A stretch of DNA of 64,000 nt, taken from NCBI GenBank assembly GCA_964016885.1, contig OZ024740.1, forward strand, positions 345,960,001 to 346,024,000, written 5' to 3'. Made by a program: the position numbers and the translations under genes. Each line of letters opens with the position of its first letter. Position 1 is the first letter of the stretch. Positions 15,735-27,689 of the stretch are shown piece by piece. The DNA is from Eledone cirrhosa. Taxonomy: Eukaryota. Under the pieces are notes generated by a model, which saw only the letters and a program-made list of their open reading frames with translations, searched no databases and was not told the DNA's origin.

Positions 15735-16690
15735 TTCGTTTATGTTACCGCTTCGTAAACTCCGAGAGTGGTCCTATTTCTCTATGTATTTGGTGTTCGC
15801 CACCACTACGGCGATGTCGATGGCATATGGTACGACAGATCTTCCACGTTCTAGTTTGCCCGGGATGCCCCTCAACATCTCCAATGTGTGTAGTAATAAC
15901 GAAAGGGACGAGTGTGAACACCCATGTGGTGGATGATGGATGGTTCCAAAAAGAAATCCTTCGTTTTAAACCCAGAGCAGATACCTAATATTGTAATATA
16001 GTCCCCATTGTTCCGCTCCTTTCTCGATAGTGCCATCGCGCACTCGACTCACAAAACTGGAAATTCTCTCAAGATGTTGCCAACCAATTCTGGATTGTTT
16101 GTGGATGTAGGACTCCGCTCTTCGTCAAGCAACCAGTTGTTCAGTACTCCGTGTCGTGAGTCGTACCTAAATATCGATACTTGTGTTAGAGACTCCTCAG
16201 CATATTCTGATCAGTTAAACATATTGTGCAAACACACTGCTTCAATTATGGAGATATGTCCCTGTCCACAAAGCATCGATTGTGCCATGGTATCTCCGAA
16301 CAATCCCATTTTCAATTGTTCTTTACGCCGCCCGCAAAACGCGGCTCACATTCCACTATCAGCAGCTCATCGACAGAGTCCCGCTTCAGAAATATTTTGT
16401 TCAGCACTCATTCAAATTACCCTGTAATCTCCATCTCTATTTCCCTCCCTATTGACATCCACCCATTTAGCTGCTGACTATCGAAAGATGAGTTCTCTGT
16501 CGGTTGTTCAACTCACTCACTACATATCGTTTCCATTTGTGTGCCTTATTTCGTGCGCATCTGGAGCAGTCAACTTTCCAAGTTAGGAACAGACTCTTAT
16601 CCCCTTCGCTGATATTCATTCATGATGTGCTGGCCAATCCTGCCGACTATAGTGCTCACATCCTGTCCGGCAAGCTCACAGGCAGAAGGA
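15735..16690 (-). mobile_element. old Tx1/L1-clade LINE remnant
   Basis: Minus strand LRGIPGKLERGRSVVPYAIDIAVVV aligns with LWYGIPIEPGPRKVASAYADDITVVV of the copy at 29.3-29.9 kb. Confidence 0.65.
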
Positions 16691-17594
16691 ACAGCAAAAA
16701 CATGATGTGGACATTTTGCATTGCAGTTAAAAATATAATATATGATCTACATGTCACCTCAAGTTTTCGAATTGAAGACATCTTATCTGATCAAGGAAAA
16801 TATTATCTTGATAGTGTTGTATGGAATCCCAGTCTACTCTTTCCTACCATGCAAAAGGAGTACCTTTAACCTGGAAACACTGCCATCAATGAATAACACC
16901 CAATCTCTCTTGACACCAAAAGCAATTGCCTGTGTCATCATCAAACCAGTAATGCTCTTGCAACACACCAAACCTAATTCATGTGTGTCGAAAAGTTCAA
17001 CAGATCCCATCTCTCGGTTCCTGTACATTGTGGTGTTGGTTCTTTGGGCTACTGACATGACCTAATAGGCGTTATATCTTCAGCTCTCTCATCAAAGGTG
17101 GTCTCAAAAAGATAAATCAAAGGCATTCTTAAAAGACAAATAGGAACACTTGATGTGCTGCGCGCTACATACACATGTTTGTAAATTTGGTATATATGGA
17201 GTATCTTGTAGATGAAAATATAGATGTGATGTAGCGGAACTGACATCATATTCAGAAAGAGCCCCGTAAAATTATATAATTATCTCTTGCTGAAGAAATC
17301 TTTTTTTTTTTTTTGTTATGTAGTGTAACTAGTTATAGTTGTATTAGCTTCCATATAGAAACCTTGTACTCTATTTTTCCCTCTCCAATTCGTCATTTTG
17401 ATAAACGTTTCCGAATTTAATTTGAAATTCTCATCAAAGGAGCCAAGTATATATGTATACATACATATATAAACAAGTGGGGGAATTCTAGGAAACATAG
17501 AAGGCGGAAGAAACAATCACAAGGACAATTCCCGTTCATCGACTGTCTTTTGGGGATTCATTATAATTTCGGATGCTTTATTATACATATGGAT

Positions 17595-17910
17595 ATATAA
17601 GACTGTACTGCTGCATGGATGTGAAGATTAGAGGAAAACAAAGAAGAAGCAGCAGAAGATCCAGACATTCATCAACACCTGTCTAAGGAGCATTTACAAC
17701 ATCAAATTGCTGGAGAAGATCGGAAACGAAGATCTGTGGAAGAGAACGGGACAGGAGCCACTAGCAAATCAGACTCACCGGGGGAAGCGGAGCTGGACTA
17801 GACATATACTCAGGAAACCAGCATCCAACACCACATACCAAGCCCTGACATCGAACCCATAGGGTAAGAGAAACACAGGCCGGTCCCGCGGCGATTGGAG
17901 GCGTGAAACT
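17595..17910 (+). mobile_element. RTE-clade LINE 3' fragment
   Basis: KTVLLHGCE..KIQTFINTCLRSIYNIKLLEKIGNEDLWKRTGQEP..W..HILRKPASNTTYQAL..NP*GKR..GR, the typical RTE post-RT region. Confidence 0.85.
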
Positions 17911-18095
17911 GGGGTAGAAATAAGAGACTTTTAAGCCAACAGAAGTGTTTTAAGCCAAATGGAGTGGCGAGAACAGTCCAGGTTCGTGTAAGGTGTACAC
18001 ACACTCTTTCCTAATTTGGATTACTCCCCAAATGATAAACTTTTTAGAATTTAATTTGAAATTCCCATCAAAGGAGCAAAGTATCGTATGGCTGA

Positions 18096-18131
<36 letters not shown>

Positions 18132-18179
18132 GATAGATAGATAAATATACACGGGTGTGTATGATTGTGTATAGAAGAT

Positions 18180-18558
18180 TATATTAATAAGAGGAATTCC
18201 AACTTTGTCTGATTTACTCGTTTTATTTACAATCCTTTAAAATTTATAATGGTATTATAATGAAATAGTATGATAGAATATTAAATTCTAAGTGTTAATT
18301 GAACAAGTACTTTAATGCTTTCGCAATCTTCAGGTTCATAATATGTGGTGACAGTCAAGTTTGCAATTTTCATGCAAACTTGACTGTCACCACATATTAT
18401 GAACCTGAAGATTGCGAAAGCATTAAAGTACTTGTTCAATTAACACTTAGAATTTAATATTCTATCATACTATTTCATTATAATACCATTATAAATTTTA
18501 AAGGATTGTAAATAAAACGAGTAAATAAGACAAAGTTGGAATTCCTCTTATTAATATA
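18180..18558. repeat. near-perfect palindrome, 186-bp arms, 7-nt spacer
   Basis: 18180-18365 is the reverse complement of 18373-18558 with one mismatch seen; each arm carries a CTGAAGA-ttgc-GAAA motif. Confidence 0.95.
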
Positions 18559-18580
18559 TATATATATATATATATATACA

Positions 18581-18770
18581 ATAATTGTTTCTACTTTTGG
18601 GACAAGGCCAGCAAATACCCAGTGCATGACTGGTACTTTATTTTATCGACCCCCGTAAGCATGAAAGGGAAAGTTAACCTCGGTGGGATTTGAACTCAGA
18701 ATGGCAGGGGCCGTAACTCTATGCGTCAAAGCATGGCGTCCGACCCTCTACCGGTACTGCCAATCCACCG
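18581..18770 (-). mobile_element. tRNA-derived SINE, family B (Deu/Nin-like core)
   Basis: A-box-like tggcagtaccggt, B-box gagttcaaatccc, core ctttcat..gggtcgataaaataaagtaccag; several copies in the window. Confidence 0.85.
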
Positions 18771-19400
18771 TTGTATATATATATATACAATAATGAGAGG
18801 TACACAGATATATGTGTATACATACATATACATGCATATATACACATACATTTTTCATAAGTATCTGAGATTGTGTGTTGCTAACCTTAACCAGTGTTGC
18901 TCTATGACTATGAGAGACAAGATAATTGGAATAAATCAATTGACTCTATATCAGAGCTGTGTAATACATTATAAAGAAAGAAGAAATATTAGACATAAAT
19001 AAATACCCATTTTTTCTTCAAATTCCCGACAGTACAATTTCGTGGCTACTATGCAAATATCCTATATCATAGAGATGTAACATTTTTGTCAGTTTTGCCG
19101 AAAAATGTATGTGTATATATGCATGTATATGTATACACATACATCTGTGTACCTCTCATTATTGTCTATAACTCCCTCATGGTAGAGTAGCCACGGAAGT
19201 ATAGTGACTGCTTTCTTTACCCTCTCTTCTGTAGTCTCTGCATCGTATTAATATCAACTTAGTCTTCTGTGATATTTTTCACTGCTACAAGGGATTTAGC
19301 CCCATTTCTTGACCATTGTATCACGTGATAGGGTATCCCACCGCCTTCTCGAGATTCTTTCGCGCGATGCAGACCTGTTTTGAAATTTTTCCCTGAGGTG

Positions 19401-19492
19401 TTCCCTTGAAAAGTTGGCAAACCTCACAAAAATGTTACATCTCTGTGATATAGGATTTTTGCAAAGTAGCCACGAAACTTTACAGTCGGGAA
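19401..19492 (+). ncRNA. hammerhead ribozyme, U3-A8 core variant
   Basis: ttccc-TTGAAAA-gttggc...gccac-GAAA-ctttacag-TC-gggaa. The second copy (20593-20677) has a perfect palindromic stem III, ctgtacag. Confidence 0.65.
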
Positions 19493-19670
19493 TTTGAGGA
19501 AAAAATGGATATTTATTCATATCTAATATTTCTTCTTTCTTTATAATGTATTACATAGCTATGCTACTGAGTCAATAGTCATAGAGCAAAACTGGTTAAG
19601 GTTGACAACACACAATCCCACATACTTGTGAAAAATGTGTGTGTACATATGCATGTATATGTATGTATGT

Positions 19671-19750
19671 CAGGTCACCAGTTGGTGCTACTGGTAACAT
19701 GTATCCCAGTGCAACCTGTCTCATGGTCGGGTCGTTGGCGACTAAACTGG
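19671..19750 (+). ncRNA. HDV-like ribozyme scaffold (5'-truncated, P3 imperfect)
   Basis: P2 ccagt/actgg, L3 acc with GG for P1.1, P1 3' strand atggtc, P4 tcg-ttgg-cga, J4/2 CTAA, hairpin accagt/actggt in J1/2. The P1 5' strand is absent. Confidence 0.45.
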
Positions 19751-20278
19751 CAACCCCACCAAGGTTTCTTGGTGAGGAGGGTGACTTTGGACATCCTGCA
19801 GGACTAAAAACAAAACCTGTCAAATGGCAAAGGAGCTCTTAAGAGTCAATGGCCATCCAAAATCACAGGGAGAGATGACCCCTTAGCCTTTGTCAAGGCA
19901 GAATTCTAGGAGAAGGAAAACTCTGATATAACACCTGCAACCCTGATGGTATCCAATGATGTTGACTTGTTCTTCTTTTTGGTAAATATCATCTTGGTTA
20001 AGGGAGTGGGACTGGCTTTGTGCAGTGCCTTTGCTCACTATAAAAGCTTCACGGCACAGGCATTGCTTTATATCTGGAGATCTCTCTGCACTTGTCCTCA
20101 CATGGTACCATGGGCCCAGCACTATGTGTCAATAATTGTCACAAGTGTAGTGTTTGTACCAGAGTTTTCAAGTCGCTGGCTGGACTAAAAAGTCACACTC
20201 GTTCAGCGTATCGGTAGGGGTTCTCCTACATGGATATAAAGTAGTGGCCGTACTCGAAGACGAGTTGGCAGCCACCAT
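19671..20278 (+). mobile_element. bipartite non-autonomous RTE element (5' UTR fused to 3' end)
   Basis: RTE-like 5' motif ctaggagaaggaaaactctgat and a C-terminal zinc finger CSVCTRVFKSLAGLKSHTR (20146-20217). 3' hairpin ctcgaagacgag; tatgtatgtat-like TSD. Confidence 0.7.
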
Positions 20279-22249
20279 ATGTATGTATACACATATATAT
20301 GTGTACCTCTCATTATTGTCTATAACTCCCTCACGGTAGAGTAACCACGGAAGTATAGTGACTGCTTTCAAGCTAATACTATATACACTTCAAGTCTGCC
20401 TTAACCCCCCCCCCGCACCCTTATGTAGCCTCTGCATCGTATTAATATCCCCTTCGCCTTCTGTAATATTTTTCACTGCTACAAGGGATTAGCCCCATTT
20501 CTTGACCACTGTATCACGTGATAGGGTCTCCTCCACCTTCTCGAGATTCTTTTGGGCGATGCAGACCTGTTTTGAAATTTTTCCATGAGGTATTCCTTTG
20601 AAAAGTTACAACAAAAATGTTACATCTCTATAATATATGATTTTTGCATAGTAACCACGAAACTGTACAGTCGGGAATTTGAAGAAAAAATGGGTATTTA
20701 TTTATGTCAAATATTTCTTCTTTCTTTATAACGTATTATATATATATATTTATATATTTATATATATATATATATAATGATAATAATAATAATTGTTTCT
20801 ACGTTTTGGCACAAGGCGAGCAATTATCCCAGATAATAATGATAATAACAATACGAGCCTGAAGCCTAACCTATGAAAGTAGTGTAATTATTGTATCGCA
20901 AATTGAAACACCAGTATCCTCCTAGTTTACCACAAAACAATGCACCGAAATACAAACATCCACATATAATCGGGTACATTACTGTTTCGAATTCCGTGGA
21001 GCATACGCCGGACATTGATTAATAATAAATCAATAACTAGCAAATTCCTGACAATGGAGTTCTCATTAGCCAGCAAGTCCATTGAGTGGTTTCCAAAAAT
21101 CGACCTTACTGCTAAATTTGATGCCGGTATCCTACGTGTGGCATTAAATACTAGTCGGTCAGCAAATAATGACAGCAGCGACAGACTGGCTAGGATTGTA
21201 CAGTCTAAGGATTTACAGAAACCCATGAAGCTAGATTTAACACCTTTCTAGTGGGTCCGGGTATGATTTTACATTCATTTAAATTATTGACGTATTGTTT
21301 TATTGATATTTTTTATCTGTTTGGCCCGAATCTTCCTTTATCGATTTTAAATCGTATGGTTGATTGTAGACTTGTTCTATATGTGACGGTATTTTAACGA
21401 TAGTTATAGCTCTGATTCATCTGAATTATTGAGCCCTCTGCCGCTCATATCGAATTTCGTTTTTCGTGAACTCGTGCGCCGATTTTTCGATACTCGATCT
21501 TTCTAATATATATATATATATATATTGAAAATAGAATTAGAATCTATCACCGTATACTGAATGCAGAAAATCTTCTGATGTTAGTGTACACGAACCTTCA
21601 TAACGGAAGGAGATGGCATTGGCGCGCATTCTTTCCGTCATGGGGCTCATATTTGGCTATTTACTGTAGTGAAAATAAGGTGAGAGCTTCTAATTCTGTT
21701 TTCAAAATGTTGAATCGAAACCGTATTCCAATTCACATGTTTGCACTCTTTCCACTATTAATTTATAACCTCTAAATTCAACGGAGTAAAATAAGTTTGA
21801 CATGTTGGTGTAATCCACCTTTAACACTTATCGTGAGTATATGAGGTTGGGTTCAGACTTGCGCCATTATTTATTTATATTCTCATATAATTTGTGATCA
21901 TATGTCTGTTAATGTATAGATGTACAGAAGTACTAAATTTTGATATAACATTTTAATACCGCTTTTGCTTTGCTATTGCTTTTGATTGCACTTGTAATTT
22001 GCAATATGTATTATTTGGTATGGTACGAAACTCATCGATGGTGTCGAATTATCTCTTGTATATAATAGACTTGAAACATCAAACAATATGTAAATCCCTG
22101 ATGATATATAGAGGTAATGATAACTCCTCGTACGTATCATGGTATAGCCCACCACTCTACATTGAAACATATGTATATATGAGGAGGAAATTGTACTTTA
22201 CTCGAAGCATTGCGTAGTGAGGTATACACGTTTGCAGTTAGAAGGCTAG

Positions 22250-24046
22250 AACAATGCACGTATGGATATATAGAATATAAATACAAATTCAAAAGATATT
22301 GCTGACAATTAGTCTTTTACCTTAAATTTATTTTCGAGATAATATCTCTTCTCCGGAGGGAAGTAAAGGGGTTAATCTGGTGTTCTAATAAGCTTGCCAA
22401 GTCATACTGACAGGAAATAGTATAGAAATTCCATTCTATTTCTAATGTGAAAGAGCGAAGGTTAGGTGGATAAGTTGGTTGTCTCCCTTTGAAAGTGTTT
22501 GGACATGTATGTCTAAGTTGGTGTGGGAGAATACGTGAAGGTGTAAGCATGCGTGTGTGTGTATGTGTGTGTGTGTGTGTGAGTGTGAGAGGATATGTTT
22601 ATATGTAAATATGGGGGATAGATGCTCTATCATTTTAAAACTGGTCTACGTGTGTGTATGTGTTTGCGTGAGAGAGAATAAGGGAAGGTGTAAGCCTGTG
22701 TGTGTCTGAGATGGTGCGTGGAGGTGTACGTGTGGGGCTACGTGCTCTATCATGTTAAACATTGGGTGTTGAGTTCTAGTCTGTTATTGATCGTTGCTTG
22801 TGTTTTGTCTATAATTAGTGCGTCTTTAATTCTAAGATTGCCGAGGTTTCTTTCCTTCGCTTCTATCCTAACTAACATGTTTTTGTCGGTGTTTTTGCAT
22901 TTCACTAGGTGTTTCTTAAATGAGGAAGCGTTAGTGTTGAGGTGTTCTTTTATTCTAATGTGAAGTGGTCTGGTGGTGCTACCTATGTAGAAATTGCTGC
23001 ATTTGCCGCACTCTAATCTCTATACGACGTAAGCCTGGTGGCATAGGTCTGTGTCGTCGATGGGGCAGTTGGCTAGGCTGCAGCGGCTGTCATGTCTGGT
23101 GGAGTATCGTTTGGTTAGCAGTCCGTGTAGAGAAGGTCCTGAGTGGGCGAGCTGGATATCTAGTCCCTCTCGTCTGATAGCTCTGCGGATGGCTGTTGTT
23201 GTTTCGTCACTGAAGTGTGGGAGCTTCAGGAAGCAGGTGTTAGTGCCTCGGGTGTGGTGTCCTCTGTTGTTTCTTGCCCGGTTCGCGGTGGATGTCGGGT
23301 ATCCATTCAGTTTAAGAACTTCCAGGAAATGTGTGGTGTGTGTGTCTTGGTCTCTTGCGTCGGTGCATTTGTCCTGGATACGTGTAGTTCGCTCCTTATG
23401 TATCCGAACTTAGCGCTGACTGGGAAGACTGATCTGAAATGTACGAACAGGTCCCTGCTGGCGGCTTTTTTATAGAAGCAGGTGTGGATGTCGCATTTCT
23501 TTGTTACCCTGAGTTGGAAGTCCAATAGGGATAGGGATCCGCGGTCATCGATCGGGGTGTTCCATGCTGAACTTTATAATGGCGTCTATGCTGGAGAATG
23601 TCATGTATATTTTATCCGCTTCTTTACGGAATGATGTAAGGATGAGTATGTCATCTTCATATCGGGTGAAGAAGGTATAGCAATGGCAGGTGTTGAGGGC
23701 TCGGCATTCCAGCTGGTTCATATAAGTGATGGCTAGCAGGCCCGATAGGTTAGTTCCCATGGGTAATCATGTTGTCTGTCTGTATGTGTGGTGGTGGAAG
23801 GTGAAGTACGTGTTATCGGCTGTGAAGGACAAAAGCTTGTGTATGTCCGTCGGATGGAGGCCGTAGCACCGGACGTCTTCTGCGCCACGCAGACGTCAAT
23901 AAATCGACAGCTAGATGAGCGCGGACTGTAGTGTAGAGGGGAACAACTTCGAGGATAAAGTCGTATCTATTTAATTTAAGTTGTTCTGACTGGAGTTGGT
24001 GCAGTCTACGTATGACCTCGTCGGAGCTACTGACATGCCCGGGCAT
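22250..24046 (-). mobile_element. Penelope-like element, Naiad-type, 5'-truncated
   Basis: RT: PLYT, MGTNLSGLLAITYM, RYEDDIL, LDF, YKKAASRDLFVH. Linker CSLANCPIDDTDLC. EN VV*RLECGKCSNFYIGSTTRPLHIRIKEH...INNRLEL. Degenerate hammerhead near 22315-22365. Confidence 0.85.
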
Positions 24047-24050
24047 ATAA

Positions 24051-24087
<37 letters not shown>

Positions 24088-24092
<5 letters not shown>

Positions 24093-24820
24093 TTAGCGAG
24101 AATCGCATTTCGGCGGGTAGAAATTAGCGAAACGCAACTTCCGTATTGTGCAAACAAGCGTTCCATGGATATGAAGATACCAGAGCTATAAACATAAATT
24201 AAAATGGTCAGACACACTGAGACGATGGTTAAGAAGCCATTAACCACCTTAGCCAAAAGAGCGAACGAGCTAAAAGGGTCAAACAAAATAAGATATGATT
24301 GAAATAGTTACCCGGACCCTCGGGGAAGATGGAATACTCCGAAATTGGGTTTCTGCAACACCTAAATCAATAATACTGTTTGCTTATAAAAAATAAGCTT
24401 TTGGTATAATGATCTAACAAGGCATCGCTTTCTCAACAGGCTTTTGTCCTTCGTGCGCCAGAATCTCACAGGTTATGAAAGCACATGTGAGGTTCTAAGG
24501 GGAGAAAACCCCTATTTTGGCCAGTGAATTCAGCATGTGTAGTTATTGTAAACATTTGCAAAAACCGCAGAAAACGAATTAAGCTCTCGACCGAGTTGTT
24601 TTTAAAATAAACTTAAGCGATTAATCAGTCAATAGAATTAACTAAAAATCCAAAAGAAAATTAATTGGTTAATCACTTGACTTGGGAGATTAGTACAAAT
24701 ATAAATTTAGCGAGAATCGCATTTCGGCGGGTATAAATTAGCGAAACGCAACTTCCGTATTATGTAGACGAGCGCTCCATGGATATGAAGATACCAGAGC
24801 TATAATCATAAGTTAAAATG

Positions 24821-24825
<5 letters not shown>
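24088..24825. repeat. partial tandem duplication (614-nt unit), pLTR-like
   Basis: 24091-24212 recurs at 24705-24825; a related fragment is inverted at 8776-8840. Flanked by microsatellites. Confidence 0.75.
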
Positions 24826-24874
<49 letters not shown>

Positions 24875-24953
24875 GAGAGAGAGAGAGAGAGGGGCTTAGT
24901 TCGGATCTAGCTGTCAAAATGGCCGGAGTTCAGACCTCAGGGGTCCTGAATCT

Positions 24954-24991
<38 letters not shown>

Positions 24992-24997
<6 letters not shown>

Positions 24998-25165
24998 GTG
25001 TCTACTCTTGGCACAAGGCTAGCAATTACCCAGTACATTACTGGTACTTTATTTTATCGACCCCGTAAGGATGAAAGGCAAAGTTAACCTCGACGGGATT
25101 TGAACTCAGACCGTAAAGGGACGTAACTATGCTGGAAATCATGGCGTCCGACTGCTAATCCACCA
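24992..25165 (-). mobile_element. SINE family B
   Basis: Homologous to 18581-18770. Confidence 0.85.
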
Positions 25166-25265
25166 ATGAAATTGGTTTATAATCCAATTACTATGTTTCC
25201 TAAATATTCGTATTTCCTCTCCTCCTTTTATGGTTAGATATACAACAATTTGAAATTATGTTTGT

Positions 25266-25363
25266 GTTAGATATCCCACTCATAAATATCCCACTGATAG
25301 ATATCCCACTGATAATTACCCCACTGCTAGATATTCCACAGTTAGATATCCCACTGCTAGATA
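25266..25363. repeat. 15-bp minisatellite (agatatcccactgat), about 6 copies
   Basis: Visible degenerate tandem units. Confidence 0.85.
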
Positions 25364-25705
25364 AAACTCTGCTTGTTATTAAAATATCAAGTTGAGTTGT
25401 GTGTAAAAGAACTCATTTAATCAACTGCACCCTGCTCAAATAAATATTATCCTTCTGCCACAGCTAAACACCATAATAATTTCGTTGTTAGTTGTATTTG
25501 CTTTTATTCACATTGCTCACAGGGATACTATATTATGTGAAAGTAAGTAGATTTTAGCAGATCGCTGTACGTTAGATCTGCCATCAATCAAAAATTAACA
25601 AGACTATTTGTTACACGCCCTAGCAAATTGATGTTTGAAAGCAATGCTGAGAGAACTGTTAGTGGTTTAATTATAGTAATCGTATACATTTTGATATTTT
25701 TGATG

Positions 25706-25894
25706 ATAATTGTTTCTACTTTAGGCACAAGGCCAGCAATTACCCAGTGCATTACTGGTACTTTAATTTATCGACCCCATAAGGATGAAAGGCGAAGTCA
25801 ACCTCGGCGGGATTTGAACTCAGATCGTAAAAGGACGTAACTCTGCTGGAAAGCATGGCATCCGACCCTCTACCGATACTTCCAATTCACCGCC
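25706..25894 (-). mobile_element. SINE family B
   Basis: Homologous to 18581-18770. Confidence 0.87.
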
Positions 25895-27004
25895 CTTTAT
25901 TTATGATGATAATGATTATGTGAATGAAGGAGTAGGGTTTATGCTGGAGTAGGCCTTGTAGTGGGATGTATGATATCAGTGTCGATGTTGTTATTTAGTG
26001 CAACGTCGACTGAATTATGATCAAATGCATTCCAGCAATGACCATCTAACATTTTTCTTTTATTTCAGACAAACGCAGTGTGTATTTTCTATTTCAAGAT
26101 AGTTAGGTATGATTATGCACGTATATTTTGTATTCTGTTTAATTGTTGATATCACGCCCCACATCTGGTCTGTTTAGCAAACATATGTCCAAATATGTCC
26201 AGTATTTTGTATAGACAAATCTAAATTACTATAAGGTATCTTTGGATGATATTTGTAGTAGAACAAGCCATCATTGTACGTATCCTCATTGGCTCTTAGA
26301 TAATTATGTAATTGGTCTTGACGATGACGATTTATAAGTATGCGTTTAATGTTAGCGTTTTTGTTGTTTTTATGATGTTTTTAGTCGCAGACAAGCAGAT
26401 ATGATACAAGTCGTTCCGAGGAATGTGAAGAGATATAAAGAAAGGAGTAATTAATGGCATCACTTCCCCCAAATTCTTGTACTTGTGCCAAAATCAGAAA
26501 CCAATATTTTACCGGTATATTATTCATTGGCCTCAGAATGACTATAATTCTCAGCAGAGGAAGCTCGAGCAAATAACACCAGACATTCCATCTGACGGTA
26601 TAATGATTCTCCTCATTCCACATCTTAATTGTCTAATGATTAAAAGAAAAAAATATAAGAGGGCGGGGTATTATTCAATAGTGGCTTGGTTGATGATTCT
26701 AGCACATCAAAAGCGGTGGTATTGAGGAGAGGGTCAAGGGGACATGCTCCCCCTCATCACAATAATTATATATTTCTCCCCAAACTATAAAAAAACATAT
26801 TTTTATATGCGCTACAATCTAAGTATATGTTATGTTTATCGAATATCGAAGTTATTTTTATATCTTAGTTCAGATTTAATAATAGCATCAACATTTAGAG
26901 GAAAATCCCGAAATTTTGAGGATTAAATGTAGGGCTTTCCCTGTGAACTTTTGCTGCTTTTTTGAACGAACATGGTCTTCAAAATGTTCGTGGTGCCCCT
27001 ACTC

Positions 27005-27315
27005 CAAAAATAAGACCTGGCATGATTTTTATGATGCTGTACATTATAAGCCCTATCCTGAGATTAAGCCCTAGCGTATTTTTGCGAGGAAATTTAATAT
27101 AAAAAAAATAATATAAAACGCAGACTTCCAGAGTATTTTTGTTTTCTGATTAAATTATTTTAACGATATTGGTTTTTGACATCTGTATAATGATATTTTT
27201 AGCAAAAGTTTCGCGCTGTTGTTTGTGTAAAAATATAAGCCCTACCACGAAACTAAGCCCTAGAGCCGTATTCTTTTTGGGAAAATGATAATAAAACTGT
27301 ATTAGAGAAACAAGG
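27005..27315. mobile_element. Tc1/mariner-pogo (Tc2-like) MITE remnant
   Basis: Repeated aaataagacct / taagccctag...ttttt...aaatttaatataa sub-terminal motifs. Confidence 0.45.
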
Positions 27316-27689
27316 TTATTCTCTATGTTTCACAGAAACCCCTTTCTCGTAGACGAGTGTAAGGATTAAAATTTACAGACTTAATTAAAGTTTAGTGCTC
27401 ACCACAACTTGAATTTTTGTTCAAATAACTTTCTATTCTCAGTAATATATATTTTAAACTAAGAAATATTATTTTGTAGAGATAAAGTCCTTTTTCTTTC
27501 TTTTTTTTTTTTCAATTATATACACTGATGAAGTTAGATTACTAAAATAAAAAAACCCTTTCCTTCACTTCACAACTCCTAGTTGTAGAAATCCTATGAC
27601 ATTTTCAATATTAACTATTATTTAGAATAAAGAAATACATTTACTATGTTCTGGCAACTCTTTCACACCTAGAGGGACTAATGTATAGA

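Larger units (their letters stand above)
18790..20740 (+). mobile_element. ORF-less hammerhead tandem repeat (about 575-nt unit) with an inverted 5' copy, retrozyme/PLE pLTR-like
   Basis: Two direct copies (19101-19670, 20279-20740) plus an inverted copy (18790-19100); each has GAAAc(t/g)tacagTCgggaa or a close variant. Confidence 0.75.

Noticed and set aside
20927-21251. Overlapping 99-aa and 78-aa ORFs
   Set aside because: No recognisable motifs; possibly a decayed element but not assignable.
25266-25363. Regular short repeats resembling a CRISPR array
   Set aside because: Contiguous 15-bp units without unique spacers, no cas genes, eukaryotic context.
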